Shown: positions 1 to 11,343 of the stretch, in pieces
How positions within the stretch are numbered: position 1 is the first letter of the stretch
Layout of the letters: each line of letters opens with the position of its first letter
Origin: an uncultured Planctomycetaceae bacterium
GTDB taxonomy: Bacteria > Planctomycetota > Planctomycetia > Planctomycetales > Planctomycetaceae
Reading direction: 5' to 3'
Assembly: GCA_963815195.1 (NCBI GenBank)
Contig: CAWFGE010000015.1
Coordinates: 448,001 to 512,000 of the forward strand
Length of the DNA: 64,000 bases
The notes under the pieces: model-generated
What the model was told of the DNA's origin: nothing
Seen by the model: only the letters and a program-made list of their open reading frames with translations
Databases searched by the model: none
Made by a program: the position numbers and the translations under genes

Positions 1-84
1 TCGCCCCGCGCCGAACATCGCCGTCGAAACCGCCACCCCGGTGATCAAGGCGGCGGCGAGAAGGACCCATTTCCAGCGGGACAT
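1..84 (-). CDS. 5' end of a gene running off the window (signal-peptide-like N-terminus)
   Basis: Hand translation from ATG at 84: MSRWKWVLLAAALITGVAVSTAMFGAGR, a basic-then-hydrophobic export signal; divergent from the RraA-like gene. Confidence 0.55.
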   Translation of the reverse strand, partial: MSRWKWVLLAAALITGVAVSTAMFGAGR

Positions 85-204
85 GGCGAAGTCAATTCCG
101 GGAAGAAAAAAGCCGATGGTTTGAGGGAATGTGCATTCCCCATCATAATCGGAATCCGAAATTCCATCGAACCCGGATTGGGAAGTTTTACGGGAAACAA
201 GATC

Positions 205-868
205 ATGACAAAACCGACGCCGCTCACCGTGGAGCAGATGCGAGACAACTTATACACGGCGGTTGTTTGTGACGCCTTGGATTCATTGGGCTATCTGCAT
301 CAGGCCGTTCGCGTTTCGCTGAAGCCATTGACGTGGAACGGGCTCTTGGTGGGCCGGTGCAAGCCGACGCTGTGGGCGGACATGGCCCATCCCGATCCGA
401 ACCCTTACGAGTTGGAGCTCGAAGCCGTCGATCGCTGCCGGCCCGGCGACGTGCTGATCGCGGCCGCGGGCGGTTCGATGCGGTCGGGGATTTGGGGGGA
501 ATTGCTTTCGACGGCGGCCCGCAATTCCGGCTGCGTGGGGGCGATTGTGGACGGAGCCGTCCGCGACGTGGCCAAGATGCAGGCGATGCCCTTTCCCGTG
601 TTCGCCCGCGGCACCTCGCCTTACGACAGCCAAAGCCGCCAGCGGGTGATCGATTATGATGTGCCCAGTGGAGATCGGCGGCGTGATGTTCGAGCCGGGC
701 GACCTCGTGTTCGCCGACATCGACGGCGTGGTGGTTGTGCCTCAAGCCGTCGAACAGGAAGCCCTCGCCCGGGCTTGGAACAAGGTGCACGAGGAAAACG
801 TCACCCGCGACGCCATCCGCGGCGGCATGAAAGCGACCGACGCCTACCGCAAATACGGCACGCTGTGA
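205..868 (+). CDS. RraA/HMG-aldolase family protein (frameshift near 667)
   Basis: TAVVCDALD, GIWGELLSTAA, IVDGAVRD in ORF 121..891; continues as VEIGGVMFEPGDLVFADIDGVVVVP in ORF 656..868 after one extra base. Confidence 0.85.
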
Positions 869-873
869 CGACA

Positions 874-966
874 GGCGAGCGGCCGGCGTAAGCCGGCGGA
901 TCACTTCCACAAACGAAACAACGCCATTTTTCAATGAAATCATAGGGCTGACGCCCGACGCTCGCC
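874..966. repeat. REP family A inverted pair (GGCGAGCGGCCGGCGTAAGCCGG ... GCTGACGCCCGACGCTCGCC)
   Basis: Related copies at 8555-8577, 12397-12420, 37374-37457, 50665-50748, 52791-52893. Confidence 0.75.
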
Positions 967-972
967 TTGGGC

Positions 973-3296
973 CTACTGTCCGGGAGGCGGGGAGACTTCG
1001 ACTTGATACTTCTTGTCGAAGTGGACCAGCCAATCCTGGCGAAGTTTTTGGCTTTGTTGGTTCATTAAAACGTTCATCGTTTGGTGGGCCGGCGTGTCGG
1101 TCGGGATGAGAAAACTTTCGCGGAGGCTCGCCAGGTCTCCGCCTTCGCCGTATTTGCGTTCGAAGACTTTCCCGACGTAATACTCCGTGCCGTCGGCGTT
1201 CATCAGCACGCCCACATCCCCCACATCCAACTGATGAAACGCGGTCTCCATGAAGTCCTCGCCCGCTTTGGGGACGCCCGTGACCGTACCCAATTCCAAC
1301 CGGGGGAATTGGGGCGTGATGGGGTTCATCCAGCTGAAATCGAAGGCTGGCTGCACGGCGAGCTTCGTGGCGTTTTTCTTGCCGGTGATGGTTTGGCCTT
1401 CCAGGATCTTCTGGATGTCTTTGTTCTCGCCCTCGCGGACGAGTTTCGCGAGGTCCTCCGCGCGGGCCTTGGCTTTTTCGCGGGCTTTGTGGGTTTTCCA
1501 CGCGGCGACGACTTGATCCTGAATCCCCGCATCGTCCCATTCCGGAACGTGCCGGGGATGGTCCTCGATCTTCCAAAAGGCATACCGCGTGCCGTTGCCG
1601 GCGATGGCCTGGTTCGGACGGAACAGCTCGTTCTGGTCGCTCGTAAACACCTGATAGACCACGTTGGCTCCGCCCAAGCGCGGCGTGGCTTTGGGCTGGC
1701 CGGGCAGCGGGGCGGGATTGAGTTCCACGTCCATGGCCTGGCCGATCGGTTGGTCGGTCATTTCCTTCGGGGTCCACGCGGTTTTGGGCACCGTGTAACC
1801 CAGGCCGAGTTTCTTGGCGAGCCGATCCAACTCATCGGAGATTTCCTGCGGCGTTTTGTGCTCGTCGCCTTCGCGCTGCCAGTCCACGCTCAATTCGTTC
1901 ATTTTTCCCAAGGCTTTGGTGATCCGCTCATCGATCGCTTCGCGGGCCTTGGCGATCTCCTTTTGGTCGGCTTCGTCCAAGAGCAGGCTGGCGATTTCGT
2001 CGCGCACCTGATCGAGCGGCAAATACTCCGGTTTGTCGGCGACCGCCGGCCCGGTGTTGGCCTTGGGTTTTTGGGCGACGGCCGGTCCGCCGGGCGTGAG
2101 CGGCTCGGCGCCGCATTGTCCTCGAGCAGCCGCTGATAGGCCGGGTTCGGAAAATTGACGCGGTTCTTTTGATAATACTCGGCGATTGCCATGTCGGTCG
2201 GCTTGGGGGCCGATTTTTTGAAGGCGTTGAAGCTCGCGGTGAAATACGCGAGGCGAGTGCTCCGGGGCACGCCGAACGCCGGGCTGGGCTTCATCATTTC
2301 CACAGGCTCGACCCAGCCGTCTTGCGGATCCAAATATCCGGGCGGGAACTGGTCTTTGTATTGATTGAAGTACGCCGTCAGCTCTTGGTTGGTTTCCACA
2401 TTCTTGGGCACGGGCACCTGATCGGTGAAGGCGCTCACCGGTACGCCGGCGAGGTACATCGACTCTTTGACCGTCGTCCGCTCGTAAAACTCCCACATTT
2501 TTTCGGGAGGCGTGAGGGCGAGCGGATAGACCAGAATCTGATATTCGCGGGCCTTGATGTAATACCGGAGCAGATCGTAAAGCTCCGCTTCGCTCATCTT
2601 GAGCTCCTCGCGAAGCTCGGTGAACTTCTCGGACGTGAGTTGTCCCTTCGGTCCGCTGCCCGCTTGCTGCAAGTACTTCGTGATCGCCGCGTTGGAGACG
2701 CGGATGCCGATTTCATCGGCTTCCTGGGCCATCACCCAGGTGCGGACGGTCGCCTCCCGCGCCGTTCGCGGATCCTCCCGCAGCGAGGCAAACGCGACAC
2801 TCTGAAGTCCCGCATCCCAGAGGTCTTGTTGCCTTTGGATGCTCTGCTCGAGCATCTGCCGAATCTGCGGATTCGTCATCAAATGGCCGAACTGGGACAG
2901 CAATTCCTGCCCCGTCGGCCGGGGGCCGTGGCCCGCTTGATAGACTTCGTAAATAAACTGGTTGGCGGTCCGGCGCTCTTCGATTTTTTTCTGAAGCTCC
3001 GGCTCCTTCAGCTTGCCCACCGTGGTCGTCGCGGCATAATTCCCGCGGATGAAATTCGGTAAAAACAACATCACCGCGAATCCCACCACCACCCCCACGA
3101 CGGCCCACGCCCCCGCCTTGCCCGAGGGCTGCCCCAACAAATAGAACAAAATGCCGAAGGCCATCATGGACATCAAATATGGCAGGTGCTCCGGTTTGAG
3201 GTATTGGGCGAGGATGAAGGCAAACATGCAGAGCAGCACCAAGCCAGCGGTGAGGACGGTGCCGTGCTTCCGAAAAATACCGAACGGGGATCGCAT
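973..3296 (-). CDS. Membrane-anchored SurA-N/PpiD-like periplasmic chaperone-like protein (frameshift near 2105)
   Basis: Start MRSPFGIFRKHG followed by TM segments; EADEIGIRVSNAAI-type SurA-N motif; PLDQVRDEI and VPEWDD..QDQVVAAWK PpiD-like motifs; joins ORFs 1899..3650 and 973..2496. Confidence 0.6.
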
Positions 3297-3717
3297 TCCG
3301 TGATTCCTTGTGCGGGCGGGTGCCGATTCACGCCGCCCCAAGTGTCGAGCGTCTCGGGGAAGAGTCACTTGACAGAGGTTGGAAAAATGATTTAAGGAGG
3401 ACTCCGCAAAGGGCGTTCCCCGAAACACACCCCCACGCCACCTTAGCGGCGGCGAAGGAAACACCCCAATATTTCGCGATGAAAATTGGGAAAATCGAAC
3501 GGTCTCGCGGGAATTCTCTGCTTCGCGCATTGTAGCTTGACCCCTGGGACTGGCAAGTCCAACGCCCGAAGCCGTCCCCCGAAATCGCCCGGTTCGGAAC
3601 GCGTTTTCCGAGCCGACCGGCGGGAATCTCCCCCAAACTGCCCTTGACAAACCGGCCCGCAGGTTGCCACTGTTTTTCCGAAGGGGGCTGGAGAAATCCG
3701 CGGCCAGGCCGCAAACC

Positions 3718-3774
3718 GTAGCAGCGGCATCCTGCCGCCGTGAGTGAATTTCGGCGGCTAAAAGCCACCGCTAC
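3718..3774. repeat. REP family C inverted pair (GTAGCRGCGGCATCYTGCCGCC ... CCGCTAC)
   Basis: GTAG...CTAC-bounded palindromes; related copies near 21925, 40337-40358 and 54795-54852. Confidence 0.7.
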
Positions 3775-3855
3775 AAAGTCCCACACTCATCAAACAACCC
3801 ACACCTCAAGCCGCGCAAAAGAATAGGCGGCGTTTTTCCCAAAGGAACGAAGTTC

Positions 3856-6522
3856 GTGGCGAACAAGAAATGGAAAGCGCTAGTCATCGTCGAATCTCCC
3901 AAAAAGGCCGATAAAATCAGCGGCTATCTGGGAAGAGACTATAAAGTCGTCGCCAGCGTCGGGCACGTCCGCGACCTGCCCGCGAGCGCCGATGAAATCC
4001 CCGAGGAATACAAAGGCCAGGATTGGGTCAAACGCCACGCGGTGAACGTCAAAGAGGGCTTTCAGCCCTTGTATGTGGTTTCGCCGGAGAAGAAGAAAAT
4101 CGTCCGCGAGATCAAATCCGCCCTCAAAGAAGCCGACGAACTCATCATCGCGACGGACGAAGACCGCGAGGGAGAAAGCATCGGCTGGCATCTCGTCCAG
4201 CTTCTGGAACCCAAAGTCCCCGTCAAGCGGATGGTGTTTTCCGAAATCACCAAAGACGCCATCCTCAACGCCATCCAGCACCCCCGGGATCTCGATGTGG
4301 ATCTCGTCCAGGCCCAGGAAACCCGCCGGGTTGTCGACCGGCTGTTCGGCTACGAACTCAGCCCGCTCCTGTGGCGGAAGATCAAACCCAAGCTCTCCGC
4401 CGGCCGCGTGCAGTCCGTCGCGGTCCGGCTGTTGGTCCAGCGGGAACTCGAACGCCTCGCGTTCCACAGCGGAACCTATTGGGACCTCAAAGCCCAACTC
4501 TCCCCCAACGGCAGCGGCGGGTTCGAGGCGATGCTGTTCACCGTCGCCGGCAAGAAAATCGCCACCGGCAAAGACTTCGACGAGCACACCGGCAAAATCA
4601 AAGCCGGCGTGGACGTGTTGCTCCTCGCCGAGCAGGAAGCCCGCGATCTGCAAAACCGCCTTCGCGAGCAGCCGTGGTCCATCCAAAAGATCGAAGAGCG
4701 CAGCCAAACCCGCAAGCCCGCCCCGCCGTTCACCACGAGCTCGCTCCAGATGGAAGCCAACCGCAAGCTCAACATGAGCACCCGCCAAACCATGCGGGTC
4801 GCCCAGACGCTCTACGAAAACGGGCACATCACCTACATGCGGACCGACAGCGTCAACCTTTCGCAGGAAGCGTTGAACGCCGCCCGCAGCTGCGTCCGCA
4901 CCCGTTACGGCGACGAATACCTCAGCCCGGAGCCTCGGCAATACACCAACAAAGCCAAGAACGCCCAGGAGGCCCACGAAGCCATCCGTCCCGCCGGCAC
5001 GGAGATGCTCCCCGCGAAGGAGCTGGGCCTCGGCGGGGATGAGTTCAGACTCTACGAGCTGATCTGGAAGCGGACTGTCGCCACGCAAATGGCCGAGGCC
5101 CGCTTGACGTTCCAGACCGTCACCATCCAATCCGAGGACGCCGAGTTCCGCGCGAGCGGCCGGCACGTGGATTTTCCGGGCTTCTTCCGGGCGTATGTGG
5201 AAGGCAGCGACGATCCCGAAGCAGCGCTCGACGACCAGGAATCCGCCCTGCCTCCGTTAAAAGAAAACCAAACGCTGAGCCTCCAGGAACTCGAAGCCCT
5301 CAGCCACGAAACCAAACCCCCCGCCCGCTACACGGAAGCCTCGCTCGTGGGCAAGTTGGAAGGCGAAGGCATCGGCCGGCCGAGCACGTATTCCAGCATC
5401 ATCAGCACCATCCAGGACCGCGGCTACGTCCGCAAGAACGGCAGCCAACTCGTGCCCACCTTCACCGCGATGGCCGTCACCCGGCTCCTCGAAGACTACT
5501 TCCCCAACCTCGTCGATTACCAGTTCACCGCCCGCATGGAGCAGACGCTCGACGACATCGCCACCGGCGAAGCCGAGCGGCTGCCTTACCTCGAAGCGTT
5601 TTACTCCGGCGACGAAGGCCTCGAAAAACAGGTCGAGCAAAAGATCGAAGTCATCGACCCCCGCGACGCCTGCACGCTCAAGCTCGACGGTCTGAAGCAC
5701 TCCGTCCGCGTCGGGAAATACGGCCCCTACTTCGAACAGGCCAACGGCGAGGAAAAAGTCACCGCCTCCATTCCCGACGACATGGCCCCCGCGGACTTGA
5801 GCGACGAGTACGCCCAGAAACAACTCGAACTCAAGCAACAGGAACCGCAATCGCTCGGCATTCATCCCGAAGAGAACCTGCCGATCTATCTCAAAGTCGG
5901 CCCCTATGGTCCCTATGTGCAACTCGGCGAGCCGACCGACGAACAGCCCAAGCCCAAACGCGTCGGCCTCACCAAGGCTCAGGATCCCGAGAACGTCACC
6001 TTCGAGGAAGCCTTGGCCCTCTTGGAACTCCCCAAGCGGCTCGGCCATCACCCGGAAACGGAGAAGGTCGTCAAAGTCGGCGTGGGCATGTACGGCCCCT
6101 ATGTACTGCACGACAAGACCTACGGCAACTTCGACAAAAAAACGCACACCTACGAGTTCGAGGGTAAGACTTATAATGTCTTAAATGTCACTCTCGAAGC
6201 CGCGGTGGACATGCTCAAAAACGCGAAGAAACGAGCCGCCCCCACGCCCATCCGCGAACTCGGCAAGCACCCCGAAGACGAAGAAATCATCGGCATCTTC
6301 GAAGGCCGCTATGGGCCTTACGTCAAGCACAAAAAAATCAACGCCACGATCCCCAAAGACAAAGACCTGGAAAAAATCACCTTAGAAGAGGCCCTAAAAC
6401 TCCTGGAAGAAAAAGCCATCAAAAAAGGCGTCAAGAAAAAGAAAACCACCAAGAAGAAGACGACCACCAAAAAGAAAAAAGCCGCGAAGAAGAAGTCCAG
6501 CAAGAAAAAACAAGCCGGCTGA
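3856..6522 (+). CDS. topA: DNA topoisomerase I (type IA)
   Basis: LVIVESPKKA, ATDEDREGE, SAGRVQS, ITYMRTDS, AQEAHEAIRP, GIGRPSTY; C-terminal GxYGPY repeats and Lys-rich tail. Confidence 0.98.
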   Translation: MANKKWKALVIVESPKKADKISGYLGRDYKVVASVGHVRDLPASADEIPEEYKGQDWVKRHAVNVKEGFQPLYVVSPEKKKIVREIKSALKEADELIIATDEDREGESIGWHLVQLLEPKVPVKRMVFSEITKDAILNAIQHPRDLDVDLVQAQETRRVVDRLFGYELSPLLWRKIKPKLSAGRVQSVAVRLLVQRELERLAFHSGTYWDLKAQLSPNGSGGFEAMLFTVAGKKIATGKDFDEHTGKIKAGVDVLLLAEQEARDLQNRLREQPWSIQKIEERSQTRKPAPPFTTSSLQMEANRKLNMSTRQTMRVAQTLYENGHITYMRTDSVNLSQEALNAARSCVRTRYGDEYLSPEPRQYTNKAKNAQEAHEAIRPAGTEMLPAKELGLGGDEFRLYELIWKRTVATQMAEARLTFQTVTIQSEDAEFRASGRHVDFPGFFRAYVEGSDDPEAALDDQESALPPLKENQTLSLQELEALSHETKPPARYTEASLVGKLEGEGIGRPSTYSSIISTIQDRGYVRKNGSQLVPTFTAMAVTRLLEDYFPNLVDYQFTARMEQTLDDIATGEAERLPYLEAFYSGDEGLEKQVEQKIEVIDPRDACTLKLDGLKHSVRVGKYGPYFEQANGEEKVTASIPDDMAPADLSDEYAQKQLELKQQEPQSLGIHPEENLPIYLKVGPYGPYVQLGEPTDEQPKPKRVGLTKAQDPENVTFEEALALLELPKRLGHHPETEKVVKVGVGMYGPYVLHDKTYGNFDKKTHTYEFEGKTYNVLNVTLEAAVDMLKNAKKRAAPTPIRELGKHPEDEEIIGIFEGRYGPYVKHKKINATIPKDKDLEKITLEEALKLLEEKAIKKGVKKKKTTKKKTTTKKKKAAKKKSSKKKQAG

Positions 6523-6572
6523 TGCCCGTAAGAGCCGCGCACGCAGTAAGCGGACCGTTTCTGGTACACCAA

Positions 6573-6713
6573 GGGGTGGCCCAGGTTGCTTGCAACCTGG
6601 GTCGCGCAGCGACAAGAGGTTATCATGGTCGAGAAAGAAGTGACACAGATTACCCGTTGAGAACAAACCTCTTGGGCTTCGCCCCCAGGTTGGCAAGCAA
6701 CCTGGGCCACCCC
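6573..6713. repeat. REPIN-like inverted pair, family D
   Basis: GGGGTGGCCCAGGTTGCTTGCAACCTGGG near-complementary to CCCAGGTTGGCAAGCAACCTGGGCCACCCC, directly downstream of topA. Confidence 0.75.
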
Positions 6714-6854
6714 GCGAGGAGTATGCATCCAGAACTAATGGCGCACTGCTTGAACGTCTAAAGGAATATCTGAGAAAACATAAAGGATGCGTTAAATATG
6801 GCGTACCTCCACGGACTCCTGCTTTCACACGATCGGGTCAAAGAGTAAGTAATC

Positions 6855-6932
6855 GTAGGGCAGGCTCCCGCAGGCTCCTGCCTGCCGATTTGTTGCGATT
6901 CTTAAAAGAAGACAGGCGGGAGCCTGCCCTAC
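6855..6932. repeat. GTAG-type REP inverted pair, family E
   Basis: GTAGGGCAGGCTCCCGC ... GCGGGAGCCTGCCCTAC. Confidence 0.75.
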
Positions 6933-6937
6933 TTTTT

Positions 6938-8468
6938 ATGCCAGTTTCCCCACTCATCTCCATCGAACACATCACCAAGCGGTTCCCCGGCGTGACCGCT
7001 TTGGAGGATGTGAGTTTTGATGTGTTGCCCGGCGAACTCCATGCGGTGGTGGGGGAGAATGGGGCGGGGAAGAGTACGCTCATGAAGATTCTCTCCGGGG
7101 TGCTTTCGGCTTCGGAGGGGCGGGTTTTGCTCAAGGGGCGGCCGGCGGAGTTTCAGAGCACCCGCGATGCCGAGGCCGCGGGCGTGAGCATTATTCATCA
7201 GGAACTCAATCTTGTTGAGGAACTCTCGGTCGCGGCGAATATCTTTCTGGGCCGGGAACGCACGGGCCGCTGGGGACTGCTCGACGACCGCACGATGCAG
7301 CGGGAGGCGGCGGCGATTTTTGAACAATTGGACTGCTCCATTTCTCCGGCCCAGTTGGTGCGGGAACTGCGGGTGGGCGATCAGCAGTTGGTGGAAATCG
7401 CCAAGGCCCTTTCGATCAAAGCCGAGATTTTGATCATGGATGAGCCGACCAGCGCCCTCACCGAAGGCGAAGCCCGGCGGCTGTTTCGCGTGATCGATCG
7501 GCTGCGAAAGCAGGGCGTGACCATCCTCTCCATCTCCCACAAAATGGAGGAAGTATTTCGGCTGTCCGACCGCATCACCGTGCTGCGCGACGGCCGGCTG
7601 GTCGGCACGTTTCGAAACGGCCCAAACCACTCCCCGCGAGATCACCCATCAAATGGTCGGCCGGGAAATCGAGGAAGTCCACCTGGGCAAAGGCCGACGT
7701 CCGGGCGAGTGTCTGTTGGACGTTCAGAACCTCTCGCTGCCCTGGCCGGGCCACGCCCGGAAGTGGAGGCTCCGGGACATCAACTTTTCGCTCAGGTCTG
7801 GCGAGGTGTTGGGCATCGCCGGGCTGATGGGCGCGGGCCGGACGGAGCTGTTGGAATGTCTGTTCGGCGTCAGCGTGGTCCCGCCCGAGGGCCAGATCGT
7901 CATCGAGGAACAGCCGGCGCGGTTTCGTCATCCCGCCGACGCCATGAAAGCCGGCATCGCCTTGGTGACGGAAGACCGCAAACGCCAGGGGTTGTTCGGC
8001 CATCTTTCCGTGCGGGAGAACATCACCCTCTGCACGCTGCCGGAGGCGCTGCGAGGCGGGCTGGTTTCCGGGAGAGCCGAACGCCTTATGACGGAGGAAT
8101 CCATCGATCTGTTGGGCATCAAAACCGCGGGGCCGGAGTCTCCGATCACCAGCCTTAGCGGCGGCAATCAGCAGAAGTGCATCATGGCCCGCTGGCTGCG
8201 CACGCGGCCCAAGATCCTGCTGTTGGACGATCCGACGCGGGGCATCGATGTGGGGGCGAAAGCGGAGCTTTATAAAATCATCGACCGCCTCTGCCGGGAG
8301 GGATTAGGAATCCTCGTCACGTCGAGCGAGCTGCCCGAGTTATTGACGCTCTCTGACCGGATTCTCGTGCTCTGTGAAGGCCGGTTGACGGGGGAATTTG
8401 GGCGAAGCGAATTCCGCGAGCAAACCATTATGGAAGCCGCGACGAACCGCGAAAACCTGGCTGTTTGA
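6938..8468 (+). CDS. Sugar ABC transporter ATP-binding protein, RbsA/MglA type (frameshift near 7612)
   Basis: GENGAGKST, ILIMDEPT, GLMGAGRTE, LSGGNQQK, LLLDDPTRGIDVGAK; two ABC domains in ORFs 6890..8158 and 7653..8468. Confidence 0.92.
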
Positions 8469-8617
8469 TTAGTATTCCGGAGGAAGCCGTCTTGCCGAAA
8501 GCTGCGGATTGTGAGAACATCCCCGCCCCGATGAAATGGCCGCGCTGCGCGCCAGGCGAGCGGCCGGCGTAAGCCGGTTGATCGTTCGCCAATGATAATA
8601 AGACGGAGTGCTCAATC

Positions 8618-10306
8618 TTGGTTTTGCGGACGGTTGTGCAAAACATTCGGATCATGGGGTTGACGCCCCACGGTCGCCTGCCTCCCGGGAGAATCCGCGT
8701 GCGCCGCGGGGCCTTTCGCTGGGAGTTGATCGAGCCCCTCGCGCGTTGGCTGGATGGCGACGGCGAACTGCCGATTTCGGAATGGCTGGCCCTCGGCGTG
8801 GCCACGGTCATCAAGAGCGGGCCGCACCGCGCGGTGTACCGGCTGATCCTGCCGCAGGGGACGTTTTATTTGAAACATTACCGCACGCCCGATTGGCAGG
8901 CCGTGCTGCAAAACGTCGTCCGTCCCGCCAAGGCGGATTTGGAATGGCGGTCGGCCCGGCGGGTGAGCGAGCTGGGTTTGAAAACGATCGAAACCGTCGC
9001 CGTCGGGCGCCGAAGGGTGTTGGGCGTGGTGACGGACAATTTCCTCATCAGCCGCGCGATCGAAAACGTCCAGCCTTTGGATGAGTTTGTCGCCGAGACG
9101 CTTCCGGGCTTCGAGTCCTCGGAGCAATGCCGATTCCGGCAAGAAATCGCCCGGCGGCTGGGACGCCTGGCGGCGGCGCTGCATCGGGGCGGCATCCTGC
9201 ACCGGGATCTGCACCCCGGAAACGTCTTGATCCAAAGACAAGACAATGGGGCCCAGTTGTTCCTCATCGATTTGCACGCCCTCCACCAGAAACGATTTTT
9301 GACGCGACGACAGATCGCCCGGAACCTCGCACTCCTCAACAATTTCTTCGCCCGCCGATCCTCCCTCGCAGACCGCTGCCGGTTTCTGAAGGCGTATTTT
9401 GAAGCCTCGAATCAACGCCAGCCGGACCAACGCATTTCGCGCGACACGCTGCGGTTTGTGGAGTCCATCTGCCGGCGGGAGTTGGAAAAAGCCGACGTCC
9501 GCGGCGACAAAAAGTGGCGGCGGGGCAATCGGCGGCTGATCATCTTGGAAACGCCGCCGCATCGCTGCCGAGGTTTAAGCGGCTTGGGCCGGGTCCTGCT
9601 CCAAAGCCTGAAACAAAACCCCGACCAACTCGTGGAAGACTGGCCGCTCTTTTCCTGGCAGAAATCGGCGGAGGGCGACCAGCAGGCGGTGATCGAACTT
9701 CCCTACAACCGCCAAACGCAGCGAGCGGTGCTGACCGTCTTCCGCTCGACCGGCTCCGCCCGCGGGGCTTGGGAGATGGGGCATGCGCTCGTGCGGCGGA
9801 AATTGCCGGCGGCGGTTCCGCTGTTGTTTGTGGAGACGCCCGCGGGCCGTCCGGATTATTTCATCACGGAAGAAATCGCCGGGGCGGTTACGCTCAAGCG
9901 CGGGGCATGGGAACTCAAGCAAACGCTCCCTCCGACAAAGTTTGAGGACTGGATATCGGACGTGGCGGTCGCCGTCGCGCGGAATCTGCAATCGCTCCAC
10001 GAGCATGGATTTCATTACTCGGACATCACACTGTCCTCGCTGCTCGTCGCGACCGAAGGACCGCTGCGGTTGTGGTTTGCATCGCTGGAAAAACTCCGGC
10101 AGCACACCGGGGTTTCTCCCCGAGACGTACAAAAGACGTTCGCTCAATTGGGCGCGTCGTTGCCGGGGGAACTCGGCATTTCACGGAGCGCCCGGCTGCG
10201 GTTTCTGCGGTCCTATTTGGGGCCGCGGTTTGCCGCGGAGTGGAAATCGTACTGGCGAAACATCGCGGGCCTGTCGATGGACTTCGCTCAACGGGAGGCG
10301 GCTTGA
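8618..10306 (+). CDS. Lipopolysaccharide kinase (Kdo/WaaP/InaA family) with two tandem kinase-like domains
   Basis: FYLKHY, HRDLHPGNVLI, LIDL, RFLKAY in domain 1; degenerate HYSDITLSSLLV and RLRFLRSY in domain 2; start uncertain (8618 or 8653). Confidence 0.8.
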   Translation: MVLRTVVQNIRIMGLTPHGRLPPGRIRVRRGAFRWELIEPLARWLDGDGELPISEWLALGVATVIKSGPHRAVYRLILPQGTFYLKHYRTPDWQAVLQNVVRPAKADLEWRSARRVSELGLKTIETVAVGRRRVLGVVTDNFLISRAIENVQPLDEFVAETLPGFESSEQCRFRQEIARRLGRLAAALHRGGILHRDLHPGNVLIQRQDNGAQLFLIDLHALHQKRFLTRRQIARNLALLNNFFARRSSLADRCRFLKAYFEASNQRQPDQRISRDTLRFVESICRRELEKADVRGDKKWRRGNRRLIILETPPHRCRGLSGLGRVLLQSLKQNPDQLVEDWPLFSWQKSAEGDQQAVIELPYNRQTQRAVLTVFRSTGSARGAWEMGHALVRRKLPAAVPLLFVETPAGRPDYFITEEIAGAVTLKRGAWELKQTLPPTKFEDWISDVAVAVARNLQSLHEHGFHYSDITLSSLLVATEGPLRLWFASLEKLRQHTGVSPRDVQKTFAQLGASLPGELGISRSARLRFLRSYLGPRFAAEWKSYWRNIAGLSMDFAQREAA

Positions 10307-11166
10307 TGCGTCATTGCGTCCTGCTCCTGGCGGTCTTGGGGATCGTCCTGGGCTGCCGGCATACGCAGAATGTCAAACCGCCGGTCATGCCTCCGGTGCG
10401 GCATTCTCTGCGGTCGGACCGGTTGCTCGTGCAAAGCAATTTCAAGCTGGAAAAAGATCATCCGCTCATCGCGGATCTCGTGCGGCTCCGCGGGCAGGTC
10501 TCCGAAAGCCTCCGCCTTCCCGAACAAGGGGAGGATGTCGTCGTGTATCTCTTCAGCAGCGAAGCGGAATTTACCCGGTACCTGAATGCCACCTATCCGG
10601 GGCTCCCAAAGCGGCGGGCTTATTTCGTGGGCACGCCCCGCGAGCTCGCCGTCTTCACCTATTGGGGGGACCGGATTCAAGAAGACCTCCGGCACGAATA
10701 TACCCACGGGCTCTTGCACGCCTCCTTGAAAACCGTCCCGCTGTGGCTGGATGAAGGCCTCGCGGAGTATTTTGAAGTCGTCGGTTCCGAACCGGGGCAA
10801 GTCAACGGCGACTACGCTCAAAACCTGACGGCGCTGTTGGGCAACGGCTGGCGGCCGGATCTCAAGCGTTTGGAAGAACTCGACAAATTCGAGCAAATGC
10901 AGCGGATCGATTACCAGGAAGCCTGGGCGTGGGTGCACTTCATGTTGCACAGTTCGCCCGACACCCGCGAAATCTTGATCGGGTATTTGAACGATCTGAA
11001 AACCGATCGGCAGCCGACGCCATTGCACTTGCGGCTCGAGCAAAGCGGCCTGCGCGTGGCGGATCGGTTTATGAACTACGTCGCCACGCTCCGCACCGCG
11101 CAATTGCTGGCGGAACCCGCCCACGCGAAATCCACGCCCCCACAACCCCGGCACACGCGTTATTAA
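10306..11166 (+). CDS. DUF1570-like lipoprotein (HExxH metallopeptidase-like)
   Basis: Lipobox MRHCVLLLAVLGIVLGC; LRHEYTH and PLWLDEGLAEYF; TGATG overlap with the upstream kinase. Confidence 0.8.
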   Translation: MRHCVLLLAVLGIVLGCRHTQNVKPPVMPPVRHSLRSDRLLVQSNFKLEKDHPLIADLVRLRGQVSESLRLPEQGEDVVVYLFSSEAEFTRYLNATYPGLPKRRAYFVGTPRELAVFTYWGDRIQEDLRHEYTHGLLHASLKTVPLWLDEGLAEYFEVVGSEPGQVNGDYAQNLTALLGNGWRPDLKRLEELDKFEQMQRIDYQEAWAWVHFMLHSSPDTREILIGYLNDLKTDRQPTPLHLRLEQSGLRVADRFMNYVATLRTAQLLAEPAHAKSTPPQPRHTRY

Positions 11167-11343
11167 ATGAATCCAGCACTCGGTGCCGGACTTCCGGCCG
11201 ATCACGTCGAGCGAGATATTGGCCAGAACCATGTGGCTGACGCCCAGCCGATGCTTGAGTTCGGGTAATGCCGACGATGACGATGTCAGGCTGACTCGTG
11301 CTCAAACCGAATGACATCAAGGATGGGACGGAGCGGGCCGCGT

